Under the pieces are notes generated by a model. The model worked only from the letters and a program-made list of their open reading frames with translations, was not told where the DNA came from and did not search any database. From Candidatus Latescibacterota bacterium (GTDB lineage: Bacteria > Latescibacterota > UBA2968 > UBA8231), in contig OZ253462.1 of the NCBI GenBank assembly GCA_965261395.1, forward strand, positions 2,784,001-2,848,000: DNA of 64,000 nt. Reading direction: 5' to 3'. Positions 1 to 10,164 of this stretch are shown here, in pieces. The translations under genes and the position numbers were made by a program. How positions within the stretch are numbered: position 1 is the first letter of the stretch; the number at the start of each line of letters is the position of its first letter.

Positions 1-27
1 CTTCATTTAGTAGTATAATATCCCCTT

Positions 28-1353
28 ATGCCTACGTCACTCGCCGACCTCGAAGCGCGCTATCGCCGCGCCAGCCCTCGTTCCCACGCCCTTTTTGAGC
101 AGGGCCGCGCCTATACGGCCGGTGCGGCCAAAGGCGCGTATTACTACCCGCCCTACCCGCTCACCATGGCCCGTGGCAAGGACTGCTACCTGTGGGATGT
201 CGATGGCCAGCGCTACGTCGATTGCGCCAACCACCACACGGCCCAAGTCCTCGGGCACGGGCACGAACGCGTGGAAGCGGCCGTGCGCGAGCAGATGCAA
301 AAGGGCATTGCCTTGGGCGCACCCACCGGCATTGAGAGCGAAATCGCCCGTGTAATGTGCGACCGAGTGGATGCGCTGGAGCGGATTCGCTTTGTCAACT
401 CCGGTACCGAGGCCACGCTGCACGCGATTCGCTTGGCGCGGGGCTACACCAAGCGCGGTAAAATCGCCAAGTTCGAAGGCGGCTACCACGGCAGCCACGA
501 CGCCGTGGAAGTCAGCGTGGCCCCACCTCTAGACCAAGCCGGCCCCGCCGACGCACCCATCGCGCTGCCAACAGCCGGCGGCATATCTCCGTCGGCCGCG
601 TCCGAAGCCGTCATCCTTCCCTACCATGACCCCGAAGCCGTCGAGCGGCTCGTCGCCGCACACGCCAGCGAACTCGCCTGCGTCCTCTTCGACCCCAAGG
701 CCGGCATCCTAGACATCCAGCCGGATTTTGCCCGCGCCGTGCGCGACATCACTCGCCGCCACGGTGTCTTACTCATCTTCGACGAAATCGTTGGGTTCCG
801 CACAGGCACCGGCGGCTTGCAGGGCCTGTACGGCATCGACCCGGACCTAAGCTGCTTTGGCAAGATCATCGGCGGCGGCTTTCCGGTGGGGGCCTTTGGC
901 GGCCGAGCCGACCTGATGGACCTGTTCGACAACTCGCAGCAATCCACCGGCTTTTTCCAGAGCGGCACCTTTAGCGCACATCCCGTGGCCATGGCCGCCG
1001 GCCTAGCGACCCTGAACGAACTGACGCCGCAAACCATCGACCATTTGAACGCACTCGGAGCGCGCTTAAAGGACCAACTCAACGCGCTCTTTGCCGCGCA
1101 CGCGGTCACCGCCCAAGCGGTCTGCACGGGATCGGTCTTCAGCATCCACTTTGCCCGCGGCCCCATCGCCAACTACCGCGACCTCGCCGCCACCGACAAA
1201 ACCCTCATTCATCCGCTCTTTCTCTCGCTCATCGAGCAGGGGTACTTCCTCGGCTCAGGGCTGGGCATGTGCGCGCTTTCTACGCCCATGGACGCCGAGC
1301 ATATCGACGGCTTAGTCAGTGCTGTAGGGAACGCGCTAGCGGAGATAGCCTAA
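28..1353 (+). CDS. Class III PLP-dependent aminotransferase (glutamate-1-semialdehyde 2,1-aminomutase-like)
   Basis: 441 aa; motifs NSGTEA, FEGGYHG, LIFDEIV, FGKIIGGGFPVG (PLP lysine), SGTFS. Confidence 0.85.
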   Translation: MPTSLADLEARYRRASPRSHALFEQGRAYTAGAAKGAYYYPPYPLTMARGKDCYLWDVDGQRYVDCANHHTAQVLGHGHERVEAAVREQMQKGIALGAPTGIESEIARVMCDRVDALERIRFVNSGTEATLHAIRLARGYTKRGKIAKFEGGYHGSHDAVEVSVAPPLDQAGPADAPIALPTAGGISPSAASEAVILPYHDPEAVERLVAAHASELACVLFDPKAGILDIQPDFARAVRDITRRHGVLLIFDEIVGFRTGTGGLQGLYGIDPDLSCFGKIIGGGFPVGAFGGRADLMDLFDNSQQSTGFFQSGTFSAHPVAMAAGLATLNELTPQTIDHLNALGARLKDQLNALFAAHAVTAQAVCTGSVFSIHFARGPIANYRDLAATDKTLIHPLFLSLIEQGYFLGSGLGMCALSTPMDAEHIDGLVSAVGNALAEIA

Positions 1354-1367
1354 ATTTGGAGCAAACC

Positions 1368-2132
1368 ATGTCCGTACTCAGCCCCGAACAAATAGCCCAG
1401 TACCAGCAAGACGGGTACACCATCTTGCGCAACGCCCTTTCCGCAGAAGACTTGCACGCGCTCCGCACCCATATCGAGGGAATCGCCTCGGGTGCGCTGC
1501 CCTTCCCGGAGGCGAACATCGAGTTCGATCCCAACGCGCCCCAGCAACGCCACATCGATCACTTGCGCAAAATCAACGGCCCGTCCCAATGCGATGCCTT
1601 CTTCCGCGACCACGCCGCGCGGGATCCCCTCCTCACCGCCGCCGCCGACCTGCTCGGCCCAGACGTCAAGCTCTTCGCCGACCAAGTCTTTATCAAAGGA
1701 CCAGGCGGCATAGAAAAGACCTATCACCAAGACTCCGCGTACTTCCACATTGAGCCGATGGCCCTCGCCACCGCTTGGGTCGCCTTAGACGATGTAACCC
1801 TTGAAAACGGCTGCTTGTGGGTCGTGCGGGGCAGCCATCGCGAGGGGTTGGTTGACCACAGCGAGACGTGGATGGTCGGCTCGCGGCAAGACAAGACAGT
1901 TCCCGACGCAGCCATCGACCGCCGGCGCGAACAGCCCATTCTGCTGCAAGCGGGCGACTGCTCCTTCCACCACAGCCTGCTCCTGCATCGCTCCGGCCCC
2001 AACCAAACGACGACGCGCCGCCGCGGCATGGCCACTCACTACATGAGCGCGCACTCGCGCTGGACGGGTGCCCCCCAAGACAAGCCCGACTATCCCCTGC
2101 TGCGGGGACAAGAACACGTCGGCTGCGTCTGA
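1368..2132 (+). CDS. Phytanoyl-CoA dioxygenase (PhyH) family Fe(II)/2OG dioxygenase
   Basis: ATG at 1368 after GGAG; YHQD...WVALDD...NGCL...GSH and HHSLLLHRSG iron-binding motifs. Confidence 0.88.
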   Translation: MSVLSPEQIAQYQQDGYTILRNALSAEDLHALRTHIEGIASGALPFPEANIEFDPNAPQQRHIDHLRKINGPSQCDAFFRDHAARDPLLTAAADLLGPDVKLFADQVFIKGPGGIEKTYHQDSAYFHIEPMALATAWVALDDVTLENGCLWVVRGSHREGLVDHSETWMVGSRQDKTVPDAAIDRRREQPILLQAGDCSFHHSLLLHRSGPNQTTTRRRGMATHYMSAHSRWTGAPQDKPDYPLLRGQEHVGCV

Positions 2133-2161
2133 GCCACCTCCTCCAACCAAGAGAAATATCC

Positions 2162-2806
2162 ATGAGCCAATACTGGATTGAAGACGGACAAACGCTGCTG
2201 TTCATCGGCGACAGCATCACCGACTGCGGTCGGCGCGGTGCCGAGGCCCCGCTGGGTAACGGATACGTGCGCCTGTTCACCGAGTTGGCCACGGCTCGCT
2301 TCCCCGAGCGGCGGGTCCGCTACATCAACAAAGGCATCGGCGGCAACCGCGTCACCGACTTAGCCGCCCGCTGGCAGGACGACGTGCTCTATCACCGGCC
2401 AGACCGGCTGTCGGTCAAGATTGGCATCAACGACCTGCACAGCCATTTGCGCGGTGCCGAAGACGGCGTCGATCCAGCCCGCTTCGCCGCCGTCTATGAA
2501 CAGATTCTAGAGAGTACCCAAGACGAACTGGGCTGTCCTCTTGTATTGCTCACCCCGTTTTACATTTCCACCGACCACAGCGACCAAACCTTCCGTAGCC
2601 AAGTGCTCGAACTATTGCCTCGGTACATCGAAGTAGTGGAGCAGCTAGCCGAGCGCTTTGACGCCCGCCTAGTGCGCCTGCACGACATCTTCCAACGGCA
2701 GCTCCAGTACCGCGACGCCGACACCTTCTGCCCAGAACCGGTCCACCCCAACCAAGCCGGACATTTGGTGATCGCCCAAGCCCTGATGGACGCTCTGACC
2801 GCATAG
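2162..2806 (+). CDS. SGNH/GDSL hydrolase
   Basis: FIGDSITD, NKGIGGN, IGIND and EPVHPN blocks; start placed at ATG 2162. Confidence 0.88.
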   Translation: MSQYWIEDGQTLLFIGDSITDCGRRGAEAPLGNGYVRLFTELATARFPERRVRYINKGIGGNRVTDLAARWQDDVLYHRPDRLSVKIGINDLHSHLRGAEDGVDPARFAAVYEQILESTQDELGCPLVLLTPFYISTDHSDQTFRSQVLELLPRYIEVVEQLAERFDARLVRLHDIFQRQLQYRDADTFCPEPVHPNQAGHLVIAQALMDALTA

Positions 2807-2837
2807 CGGGGCCGCTCCACGAAGATACGCGGAGGAG

Positions 2838-3128
2838 ATGTGGCGGGGACGAGCGCACGCTATCTTATACACTCTGAATACCCCCACCGACCAGCGGTAC
2901 GAACACGGTCTCGCCATCGTCGAATCTAAGCGGTGGAACTTGCCACTCGACCGCGACGTCAACCAAGCAGCGTCTTCTATCCAAACCTTTTACAAAAAGG
3001 AGGTTATGCGTACCTTTATAATCTCCCTCCTGATCCACACCCGCTACCCCCAAGCAGGACAGGATTTGGCCGACCATCTCTTGATGGAACAGGACAAGAT
3101 TGAACTGCACACACCGAGTACACTTTAA
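2838..3128 (+). pseudogene. Patchwork of gene remnants (possible Type IIG RM N-terminal fragment plus an aborted signal-peptide start)
   Basis: HGLAIVESKRWNLPLDR resembles the ExKxW nuclease region of Eco57I-like RM enzymes; strong RBS AAGGAGG before MRTFIISLL at 3006, which then loses coherence. Confidence 0.3.
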
Positions 3129-3146
3129 TGTAGGAGAGCACGTATT

Positions 3147-5555
3147 ATGCCGATTCGTTTAGCCCTATTAGCCCTCGCCGTTGGTCTATGGAGTTGTGGA
3201 GACGACGACGATCCTGCACCAACGGCGGCTGCCGTCGATTCGATGATCGCCACCGCGGATTCCATGCTGGTCGCCGCCAATACCATGCTGGCCACCGCCG
3301 ATTCGATGATCACCGCTGCCAATACCATGATCGCCGCAGACGCGGATTCGATGATCGCCGCCGATGCCGATTCCATGCTGGCCGCTGCTAATGACATGCT
3401 GGCTACCGCGAACTCGATGATCGCCGCCGCCAATGCAATGGTCGCCGCGGACGCGGATTCGACGATAGCGGCCGATGCGGCTTCCATGCTAGCCGCCGCC
3501 AATACCATGATCGCCGCTGCTGATTCCATGCTGGCGGCTGCCGGTTCTATCCTGGCTCCAGAAGCGATTTTGCGGCCAACCGGAGAGTTAAAACCCTGGG
3601 ATCTTTCGCCCATTGTCTCGGCTGATGAGGTTCGTGCCATGCCCCTGGGCACGCCCGTATTCCTGCGCACTGAATTTGCCAACGGTGAACTGGCTGACCT
3701 CGAAATGACGTTCGTCCAAGTGGTCGATGATTTTCTGGCACCCATGCCGGTCTATATGGTCGAAGCCTCGGACCCTGTTTTGATCCAACTCGGGGGTATT
3801 GCTCAGGGGATGAGCGGTTCACCCATTTTTACGGAGCAGGGCACCTGGGGTGCTATTGCCTATGGATTTGGTGCCCAAGACAGCCCGCCGTACTACTTTT
3901 TTGCCACGCCCATAGAATGGGTCATCGGCACGCGGGGAATGATGCCAGCGGCCAAACCCACGGCCACGTGGGAAGGAAACAGCATTACTCCCCTAGAGAT
4001 CCCCTTGCTGAGCACGGGACTCAATGGGGTGCGTCCGCTGCCTGAAGGGCGTTCGTCCATCCTGAGTGGAGCCAGCGCCGCTGGTCTAACCCAAGAGCGC
4101 CAAGCCAGCTTTGAGGCCGGCAGGCCACTGACGGTTGGGTTGCTGCTCGGTGAGCTTACGCTGGGTTCGATGGGAACCATATCGTACGTCGATGGCAACC
4201 GGGTCTATGGGTTTGGGCATCCAATGAATAGTAGTGGTCCAGTAGAGCTTCCCATAATCGAAGCAAAGGTGCTCGGCGAAGTTTCCAACTTGTCCGCCCC
4301 GTTCAAGTTTGCAACGCTGAATCCAACGGTGCGCGGCACCCTGACTGAAGACCGCTTGCCTGCGGTTCGCGGCGTGCTCGATCAGGAGCCAGAATTAGTA
4401 CCTATTAAGAGCGCATATACGTTTCCTTCGGGGAGCACGGTCGAACTTGCGCACAGAATGGCCGTCGGTATCAGTCCATATACCTCGCTCGATCTCGTCT
4501 CCAGTGCATTCTTTTATCCCTTGGCCAACCGGGTTGACAACGATCCTGAGCACAGTGTCCGCGTTACGACGGATATTTCTTTTACTGGCTCCGATTCAAC
4601 ACTCACTCGTTCCCGGCTCTACTCCTCACCAGGCGGACGGCTCTTTGCCTCAATTTTTAATGCCTATGGCGACGTGTCATTCGCACTTTCGGAACTTATA
4701 ACGAGGTACGATTACGCCTTATATGTGCGCGAGGCCGAGGTGCATGTCGAAATGATTCCTGAGACTCGTTTTGCCACCTTGACGAAGGTTACTGCCGACA
4801 CGGTCGTCAGTCTTGGGAGTACGCTGAATATTACCACTTTACTGCGCGTGGGACGGACCAAGGACCGGGAAGTCGAGCTAGCCCTCAGCGTGCCGGACAC
4901 GCTTTTCCCTGGCTTTTACCAACTCGAAGTGGGATCCGCCGCACTATTAGGACCCGATGCGCTACTGTTCGGTCCACCACCGTTTGGCCCTCCTAGTGAG
5001 GAATCGCTCGATGATGTTTTTGCCCGACTGAATAAACCCGACGAGAATGTCCTCTTAAAAGCTCGCTTGACGTTTGTCGCACCACCGCCACCACCGCCGC
5101 CACCGCCTGAACCTGTAGATGGTGAGGGCGAACCTGAAGGTGAAGGCGAACCCGAAAGTGAAGGTGAAGGCGAAGACGGTGAAGAAGGCGAGGGTGAAGG
5201 CGAAGACGGTGAAGAAGGCGAGGGTGAAGGCGAAGACGGTGAAGAAGGCGAGGGTGAAGGCGAAGACGGTGAAGAAGGCGAGGGTGAAGGCGAAGACGGT
5301 GAAGAAGGCGAGGGTGAAGGCGAAGACGGTGGAGACGGTGAAGACGGCGAACCCGAAGGCGGCGAAGGCGAACCCGAAGGCGGCTTTGATGAGCTTCCGC
5401 CTCCCGGAGCTTTTCCTCCTGGCCCTCCTCCCCCGCCCCCTGGGCCTATTTCCACGCAGGAAGACGTCGATTTATTGCTCGAAGGTTTTAAGATCCTTCA
5501 TATAGAAGTAGTGGCAGGGGAAATAGTAGAAGAGGAAGTAGTAGAAGAGGAGTAG
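3147..5555 (+). CDS. Lipoprotein with SpoIVB-type peptidase S55 domain and low-complexity repeats
   Basis: Lipobox LWSC; GIAQGMSGSP catalytic Ser motif; GTISYVDGNRVYGFGHP; N-terminal Ala-rich repeats; C-terminal Pro/Gly/Glu tract. Confidence 0.8.
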   Translation: MPIRLALLALAVGLWSCGDDDDPAPTAAAVDSMIATADSMLVAANTMLATADSMITAANTMIAADADSMIAADADSMLAAANDMLATANSMIAAANAMVAADADSTIAADAASMLAAANTMIAAADSMLAAAGSILAPEAILRPTGELKPWDLSPIVSADEVRAMPLGTPVFLRTEFANGELADLEMTFVQVVDDFLAPMPVYMVEASDPVLIQLGGIAQGMSGSPIFTEQGTWGAIAYGFGAQDSPPYYFFATPIEWVIGTRGMMPAAKPTATWEGNSITPLEIPLLSTGLNGVRPLPEGRSSILSGASAAGLTQERQASFEAGRPLTVGLLLGELTLGSMGTISYVDGNRVYGFGHPMNSSGPVELPIIEAKVLGEVSNLSAPFKFATLNPTVRGTLTEDRLPAVRGVLDQEPELVPIKSAYTFPSGSTVELAHRMAVGISPYTSLDLVSSAFFYPLANRVDNDPEHSVRVTTDISFTGSDSTLTRSRLYSSPGGRLFASIFNAYGDVSFALSELITRYDYALYVREAEVHVEMIPETRFATLTKVTADTVVSLGSTLNITTLLRVGRTKDREVELALSVPDTLFPGFYQLEVGSAALLGPDALLFGPPPFGPPSEESLDDVFARLNKPDENVLLKARLTFVAPPPPPPPPPEPVDGEGEPEGEGEPESEGEGEDGEEGEGEGEDGEEGEGEGEDGEEGEGEGEDGEEGEGEGEDGEEGEGEGEDGGDGEDGEPEGGEGEPEGGFDELPPPGAFPPGPPPPPPGPISTQEDVDLLLEGFKILHIEVVAGEIVEEEVVEEE
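3235..3555 (+). repeat. Imperfect 7-8 aa coding repeat (A-A-[D/N]-[S/T]-M-[I/L]), about 14 copies
   Basis: ATADSML VAANTML ATADSMI TAANTMI AADADSMI ... AAAGSIL read directly from the translation. Confidence 0.85.
5163..5330 (+). repeat. Perfect 30-bp tandem repeat ggtgaaggcgaagacggtgaagaaggcgag (GEGEDGEEGE), 5 full copies plus an 18-bp partial
   Basis: Directly visible in sequence lines 5161-5330. Confidence 0.95.
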
Positions 5556-5628
5556 CCGACAACTACTCATACACCCCATTAAAACGCGGGAATTCCAAAA
5601 CAGCTTCTCAATTCCCGCTATAAGTTGT

Positions 5629-5676
5629 GGAGCCTTTATCTGCATCAATCGCTTTTGCAGATAAAGGCTCCTTTTT
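5629..5676. terminator. Rho-independent terminator with a 16-bp perfect stem, between convergent genes
   Basis: ggagcctttatctgca / tgcagataaaggctcc followed by ttttt; second hairpin gcgggaatt/aattcccgc at 5586-5618. Confidence 0.85.
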
Positions 5677-6769
5677 AATAGTCCGCCACTGACCCATCCC
5701 GCAGCCGATTATCCGGCCACTTAAACTGCCGCCCGCTCTCCTGTCCCACGGCAATGGCCTTTTCCTCGTCGATCTCCACTCCCAACCCCGGCCCCTCCGG
5801 CAGCGACGCATACCCCTCCGCGTCCAAAGTCCACGTCTTGTGCGCCACGCCTTCGGGCAATTGGTGATCGTAACCCTCGTGGATGAGGAAAAACGCCACC
5901 GATGCCGCCACGTGTAAGCTCGCCGTCAGGCCCAAAAACGACATGGTGCAATGCGGGGCAATCGGCACGTGATGCGCTTCGCACAGCGCGGCGACCTTCT
6001 GCATTTGGCTGATGCCGCCGCCGTGGCCGCAGTCGGGCTGCAGGATATCGACGACTTGGGCCTCCAAAATCTCGCGCACCTCCCAAATGGTGCGGTCGCG
6101 CTCGCCGGTAGCCAACGGCACGGGCACGGCCGCGCGCAGCTTGTGCATGGCCTCGATGTTGCCCGGCACCCACGCCTCTTCCAAAAAGAGCAAATCGTCC
6201 GGCTTGAGATAACCGGCAAATTGCTTGACCAGTGGCAGCGGCAACATGCTGTGTGCATCGAACATCACCGCCCCATCCGGCCCCACCTTGGCGCGGGCGT
6301 CGGCCACCCGCTGCACCAACTCTGCCACCTCAGCCGGCGTCCCCGCGTGATATTGCGCCCCCCCAGGGCCGACCTTGATTGCCTTGGGGCTAGGGTACAT
6401 CCACACCTTGTCGCGGCAGGGGCCGCCCAGCAGGCGATACACCGGCACCTGATAGAGCTTGCCGGCAATGTCCCACAGCGCCATGTCAATGGCCGCAATC
6501 ACGTGCAGCATCAGCCCGCCGCCGCGCAGGTTGCGATGGGCGCGGAACAGCCGCTGCCAGTGGTGCTCAATGCGCGTCGGGTTTTCGCCGACGATGAGCG
6601 AGCCCAGCGACTCGGCCAAGGCGCAGGCGACCTTGGTCTCCATATTGTTGATCTCGCCCCAGCCGACCACCCCCATGTTCGTCTCCACCTTCACGTAGCC
6701 CTTGGCCCCCACCGGAATGGCCGTCAGGCGCTCGACCCGAATGGCCGAGCCGCGATCTTCCACTGTCAT
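5675..6769 (-). CDS. Mandelate racemase/galactonate dehydratase-like enolase superfamily enzyme
   Basis: AAIDMALWDIAGK...PVYRLLGG, DAH, LEE, LATGER, ILQPD, APH motifs. Confidence 0.88.
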   Translation of the reverse strand: MTVEDRGSAIRVERLTAIPVGAKGYVKVETNMGVVGWGEINNMETKVACALAESLGSLIVGENPTRIEHHWQRLFRAHRNLRGGGLMLHVIAAIDMALWDIAGKLYQVPVYRLLGGPCRDKVWMYPSPKAIKVGPGGAQYHAGTPAEVAELVQRVADARAKVGPDGAVMFDAHSMLPLPLVKQFAGYLKPDDLLFLEEAWVPGNIEAMHKLRAAVPVPLATGERDRTIWEVREILEAQVVDILQPDCGHGGGISQMQKVAALCEAHHVPIAPHCTMSFLGLTASLHVAASVAFFLIHEGYDHQLPEGVAHKTWTLDAEGYASLPEGPGLGVEIDEEKAIAVGQESGRQFKWPDNRLRDGSVADY

Positions 6770-6857
6770 GAGCTTCCTCCTATTTTAAGATTTGCCTCTA
6801 ACGCCAAAGAACGTACAATTTGTCCCCAAATCACCCATTGACCAAACAGGAGATATC

Positions 6858-7598
6858 ATGGTCGAAACCAACGACATCCAACGCCCCCCCAAAGACCTCG
6901 TCGCCCAGCTCTCCGGCATTAGCAGCGCCACGGCCGCTGGCGAACTCGCCCGCTTGGGCATCCGCGACCCTCATATCCAGGGCCCGGTCGCCCGCACCAC
7001 GGGCAAGCACGTCGTCGGCCCAGCCCTGACCTTGCAGTTTATGCCCAAGCGCGAAGACCTGTATGCCGTCGATGAATACGCCGACCCGGAAAAACAACTT
7101 CACCGTCACGCCCTCTACCACACCCAACCTGGCGACATCATCGTCGTCGATGCGCGTGGCGACCTGCACAGCGGGGTCTTTGGCGAGATGATGCTCACCT
7201 TCTTCATGGGGCGCGGCGGCATCGGCGCGGTCATCGACGGCTGCATCCGCGACTTCCCCCAGGTGCTCAAAGACCTCGATATCGGGCTTTGGCTGCGCGG
7301 CACGACCCCCAATTTCCACACCCAGACCAACATCGTCCCCTTCGCGGTCAACGTGCCCATCGCCTGCGGCAACACCCTCGTCATGCCCGGCGACATCATC
7401 GTTGCCGACGACGACGGTGCCACCGTCGTCCCGGCCCAACTCGCCCCCGAACTGACCGCAAAGGCTCAAGCCCACGCCGAGTGGGAGGACTTCAGCCGCA
7501 TGAAGCTGGCCGAGGGCGGGCACCTGCGCAAGTACTACCCACTCAGCGAAGAAGGCCGCGCCGAATACGAAGCCTGGCGCGCCGAACAGGAACAATAG
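6858..7598 (+). CDS. RraA/HMG-CHA aldolase family protein
   Basis: PGDIIVVD, GVFGEMM, IDGCIRD, PGDIIVADDDG; RBS AGGAG before ATG 6858. Confidence 0.85.
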   Translation: MVETNDIQRPPKDLVAQLSGISSATAAGELARLGIRDPHIQGPVARTTGKHVVGPALTLQFMPKREDLYAVDEYADPEKQLHRHALYHTQPGDIIVVDARGDLHSGVFGEMMLTFFMGRGGIGAVIDGCIRDFPQVLKDLDIGLWLRGTTPNFHTQTNIVPFAVNVPIACGNTLVMPGDIIVADDDGATVVPAQLAPELTAKAQAHAEWEDFSRMKLAEGGHLRKYYPLSEEGRAEYEAWRAEQEQ

Positions 7599-7600
7599 CC

Positions 7601-9364
7601 ATGGCTCCGCGCCCCAACATCGTCTTCGTCCTCACCGACGACCAAGGCTACGGCGACTTGGGCTGCCACGGCAACAGCGCGATCCGCACGCCCTGCCTCG
7701 ACCGCTTCCACCAAGACGCCGTGCGCTTCACCGACTACCACGTCGGCTCCACCTGCGCCCCCACCCGCGCCGGCCTTCTCACCGGCCACTACTGCAATAG
7801 CGCCGGCGTCTGGCACACCATCGGCGGTCGGTCGCTGTTGCGCGCCGACGAGTGGACCCTCGCCGACGCGCTCACTGGCGCTGGCTACCGCACCGGGCAC
7901 TTCGGCAAGTGGCACCTCGGCGACAGCCCGCCCTACCGTCCGCACGAGCGCGGCTTTGCCGAATCCGTGTACCATGCCGGCGGCGGCATCGGCAACACGG
8001 GCGACGCCTGGGGCAACGACTACTTTGACGACACCTATTTCAAAAACGGCATCCCCACCCCGTACGAAGGCTACTGCACGGATGTATTCTTCCGCGAGGG
8101 TCGGCGCTTTATCGCAGAAAACGCCGACGCGCCCTTTTTCTGTTACATCGCCACCAACGCGCCGCACGGGCCGCTCAACATCGCGCCGCACTACGTCGAG
8201 CAATACCGCGACGCCACTCCGCACGAAGAGCGCGCCCGCTTCTACGGCATGATCACCAACATCGACGAGAACTTCGGCCAGTTGCAGGCCACGCTCAACG
8301 AGTTGGGCATTGCCGATAATACCATCCTCATCTTTATGACCGACAACGGCACGGCCACGGGCGTCGAATTAGACGCCGATCAGTTCCCCCGCGAAGGGCC
8401 GGGCAGCTACAACGCCGGAATGCGCGGCAAAAAAGGCTCTCAGTACGAAGGCGGCCACCGCGTGCCCTTCCTCATCCGCTACCCCAACGGGCACATCGCC
8501 GGCGGCCGCGACATCGACGCGCTGACCAGCTACGTGGATTTTATGCCAACCCTGCTCGACTTGTGCGGGGTCGAGGTCCCAGCCGGACGCACCTTCCACG
8601 GCCAGAGCCTAGCGCCGTTGCTGCGCGGCGCAGACGATGCAACTTGGGCCGACCGCGTCAACGTCTGCGACACCCAGCGCGTGGCCGATCCGGTCAAATG
8701 GCGCAAGAGCGCGGTGATGAAGGGCAAGTGGCGACTCATCGACGGTCGCGCGCTCTACGACCTCGGTGCGGATCCCGGGCAACAGCAGGACATCGCCGCC
8801 ACGCATCCCGACACCGTCGCCGAGCTGCGCGCTGCGTACGATGACTGGTGGGAGCTCGTATCCGAGCAGTTCGACCGCGACGAGCCGATGGCCCTCGGGG
8901 GAGATGACCAACCGGTCAAACTCACCACCCATGACATCCGCAATGAGGCGTGTAACGCAGTCTGGAATCAGCGCCAAGTTCGCGCCGGACAGGTCACGAG
9001 CGGTTTTTGGGCCGTTGATGTCAAAGAGGCGGGCCGCTACCAGATTGAACTGCGGCGCTGGCCCGAGGAAACCGGCTATGCGCTTGCTGCGGGGATTGAG
9101 GGCGATGACAGCGGCTGGTACCGCGATGGTATCCAGCCGAAAGATGCTCCGGCCTACGAAGGCGGGATCGCTCTCGCCCTCGGCTGGGCGCAGCTATCCA
9201 TCGGCGGCCAGAACCTCCAGCAAGAAGTCGATCCCTCCGCGACTAGCGCTTGCTTTGAGATCGACCTCGCCGCTGGCCTCGACCGACTCTACGCCTCGTT
9301 CTACGACCACGCCGAGCGGACCATCGCCCCTTATTATGTGTACGTGCGGAGGCTGTCGGTCTAG
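7601..9364 (+). CDS. Arylsulfatase (formylglycine-dependent)
   Basis: PNIVFVLTDDQGYGD, CAPTR (CxPxR), GKWHLG, FMTDNG, YEGGHRVP. Confidence 0.92.
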   Translation: MAPRPNIVFVLTDDQGYGDLGCHGNSAIRTPCLDRFHQDAVRFTDYHVGSTCAPTRAGLLTGHYCNSAGVWHTIGGRSLLRADEWTLADALTGAGYRTGHFGKWHLGDSPPYRPHERGFAESVYHAGGGIGNTGDAWGNDYFDDTYFKNGIPTPYEGYCTDVFFREGRRFIAENADAPFFCYIATNAPHGPLNIAPHYVEQYRDATPHEERARFYGMITNIDENFGQLQATLNELGIADNTILIFMTDNGTATGVELDADQFPREGPGSYNAGMRGKKGSQYEGGHRVPFLIRYPNGHIAGGRDIDALTSYVDFMPTLLDLCGVEVPAGRTFHGQSLAPLLRGADDATWADRVNVCDTQRVADPVKWRKSAVMKGKWRLIDGRALYDLGADPGQQQDIAATHPDTVAELRAAYDDWWELVSEQFDRDEPMALGGDDQPVKLTTHDIRNEACNAVWNQRQVRAGQVTSGFWAVDVKEAGRYQIELRRWPEETGYALAAGIEGDDSGWYRDGIQPKDAPAYEGGIALALGWAQLSIGGQNLQQEVDPSATSACFEIDLAAGLDRLYASFYDHAERTIAPYYVYVRRLSV

Positions 9365-9496
9365 GGCGTATGTAGCAGATTTTTTAATAATGAAGACCGC
9401 GCTTCCCTTTTGGTCATTCATTCCCGGGATGGCCGTCACCAGCCGACAATGGCGGCACGTCCTTCCCGGTTAATTGGCCTACCCCTTCCAGCGCGG

Positions 9497-9676
9497 CTAC
9501 CCATCGGTTGGCGAGTCGGCGGGAACAGGTCTTGGCGACAACGAGACAATCTCATGGTCGCTTTTTTTTTCTGACTCGCGAGCAGCGCGGCAAATGGCCT
9601 TGATGTCGTAATGATACCGCGCCGCATACTCTTCGCGTACGCGCCGGACTTCTTCAACGATTGGATCGCGCCACAT
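9497..9676 (-). CDS. Small protein, probable antitoxin partner of the adjacent PIN toxin
   Basis: MWRDPIVEEVRRVREEYAA..., 59 aa, starts 4 bp after the PIN gene stop, with GGAGG RBS. Confidence 0.65.
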   Translation of the reverse strand: MWRDPIVEEVRRVREEYAARYHYDIKAICRAARESEKKSDHEIVSLSPRPVPADSPTDG

Positions 9677-9680
9677 GGTG

Positions 9681-10154
9681 TTAGACCTCCATGAGTTCTT
9701 GGGGGGTACAGATAGTTGGTGGTTCGTACCCAAAGGATCGGCAAATGGCCTCAATTCGAGGACGAAGTACAGCATTGGCAATATGCGTACAATTCCAGGT
9801 TAGCAGGTATTCCATGTCGCAAACGGTCGCAATTGAGATGTGTAAGGCATCCACTTGGGCCTTCTCAGATAGAGGCACTTGGCGGACCAACGCATCGGCT
9901 AAAGTCTCAACTGATTCGGTGACAGCAAGTTGCCGGATAGCAGCGATCATATCCAAACGCGCTTTCGCGAGAACCGCGTCTCCCGCTATACACTCATTGA
10001 TGACAAATTGCGAAATGAAAAGGTCAAAATTTTCGCGGCGGTCGTTCCACCAATCGTGGGTCAATTGCTGGTTTGCCGCCGTGACCAAATCACGACTCGG
10101 TCTCGATGTGAGATAACTGATGAAGCTGGTTTCGATGTAAACTGTAGATTTCAT
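9681..10154 (-). CDS. PIN-domain (VapC-like) toxin
   Basis: VYIETSFISYL, ISQFVINE, DALHISIA, YLLTWNCTHIAN acidic PIN motifs. Confidence 0.85.
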   Translation of the reverse strand: MKSTVYIETSFISYLTSRPSRDLVTAANQQLTHDWWNDRRENFDLFISQFVINECIAGDAVLAKARLDMIAAIRQLAVTESVETLADALVRQVPLSEKAQVDALHISIATVCDMEYLLTWNCTHIANAVLRPRIEAICRSFGYEPPTICTPQELMEV

Positions 10155-10164
10155 AATCTTGGAA

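Noticed and set aside
28-1353. Assigning hemL
   Set aside because: Family motifs fit, but the catabolic context and divergence suggest a paralog
5163-5330. 30-bp repeats as a CRISPR array
   Set aside because: The repeats are contiguous with no spacers, in frame within a CDS, and no cas genes are present
4916-5505. Ser/Pro-rich and Lys-rich (histone-like) ORFs over the repeat
   Set aside because: They are shadow frames of the GE repeat in the S55 gene
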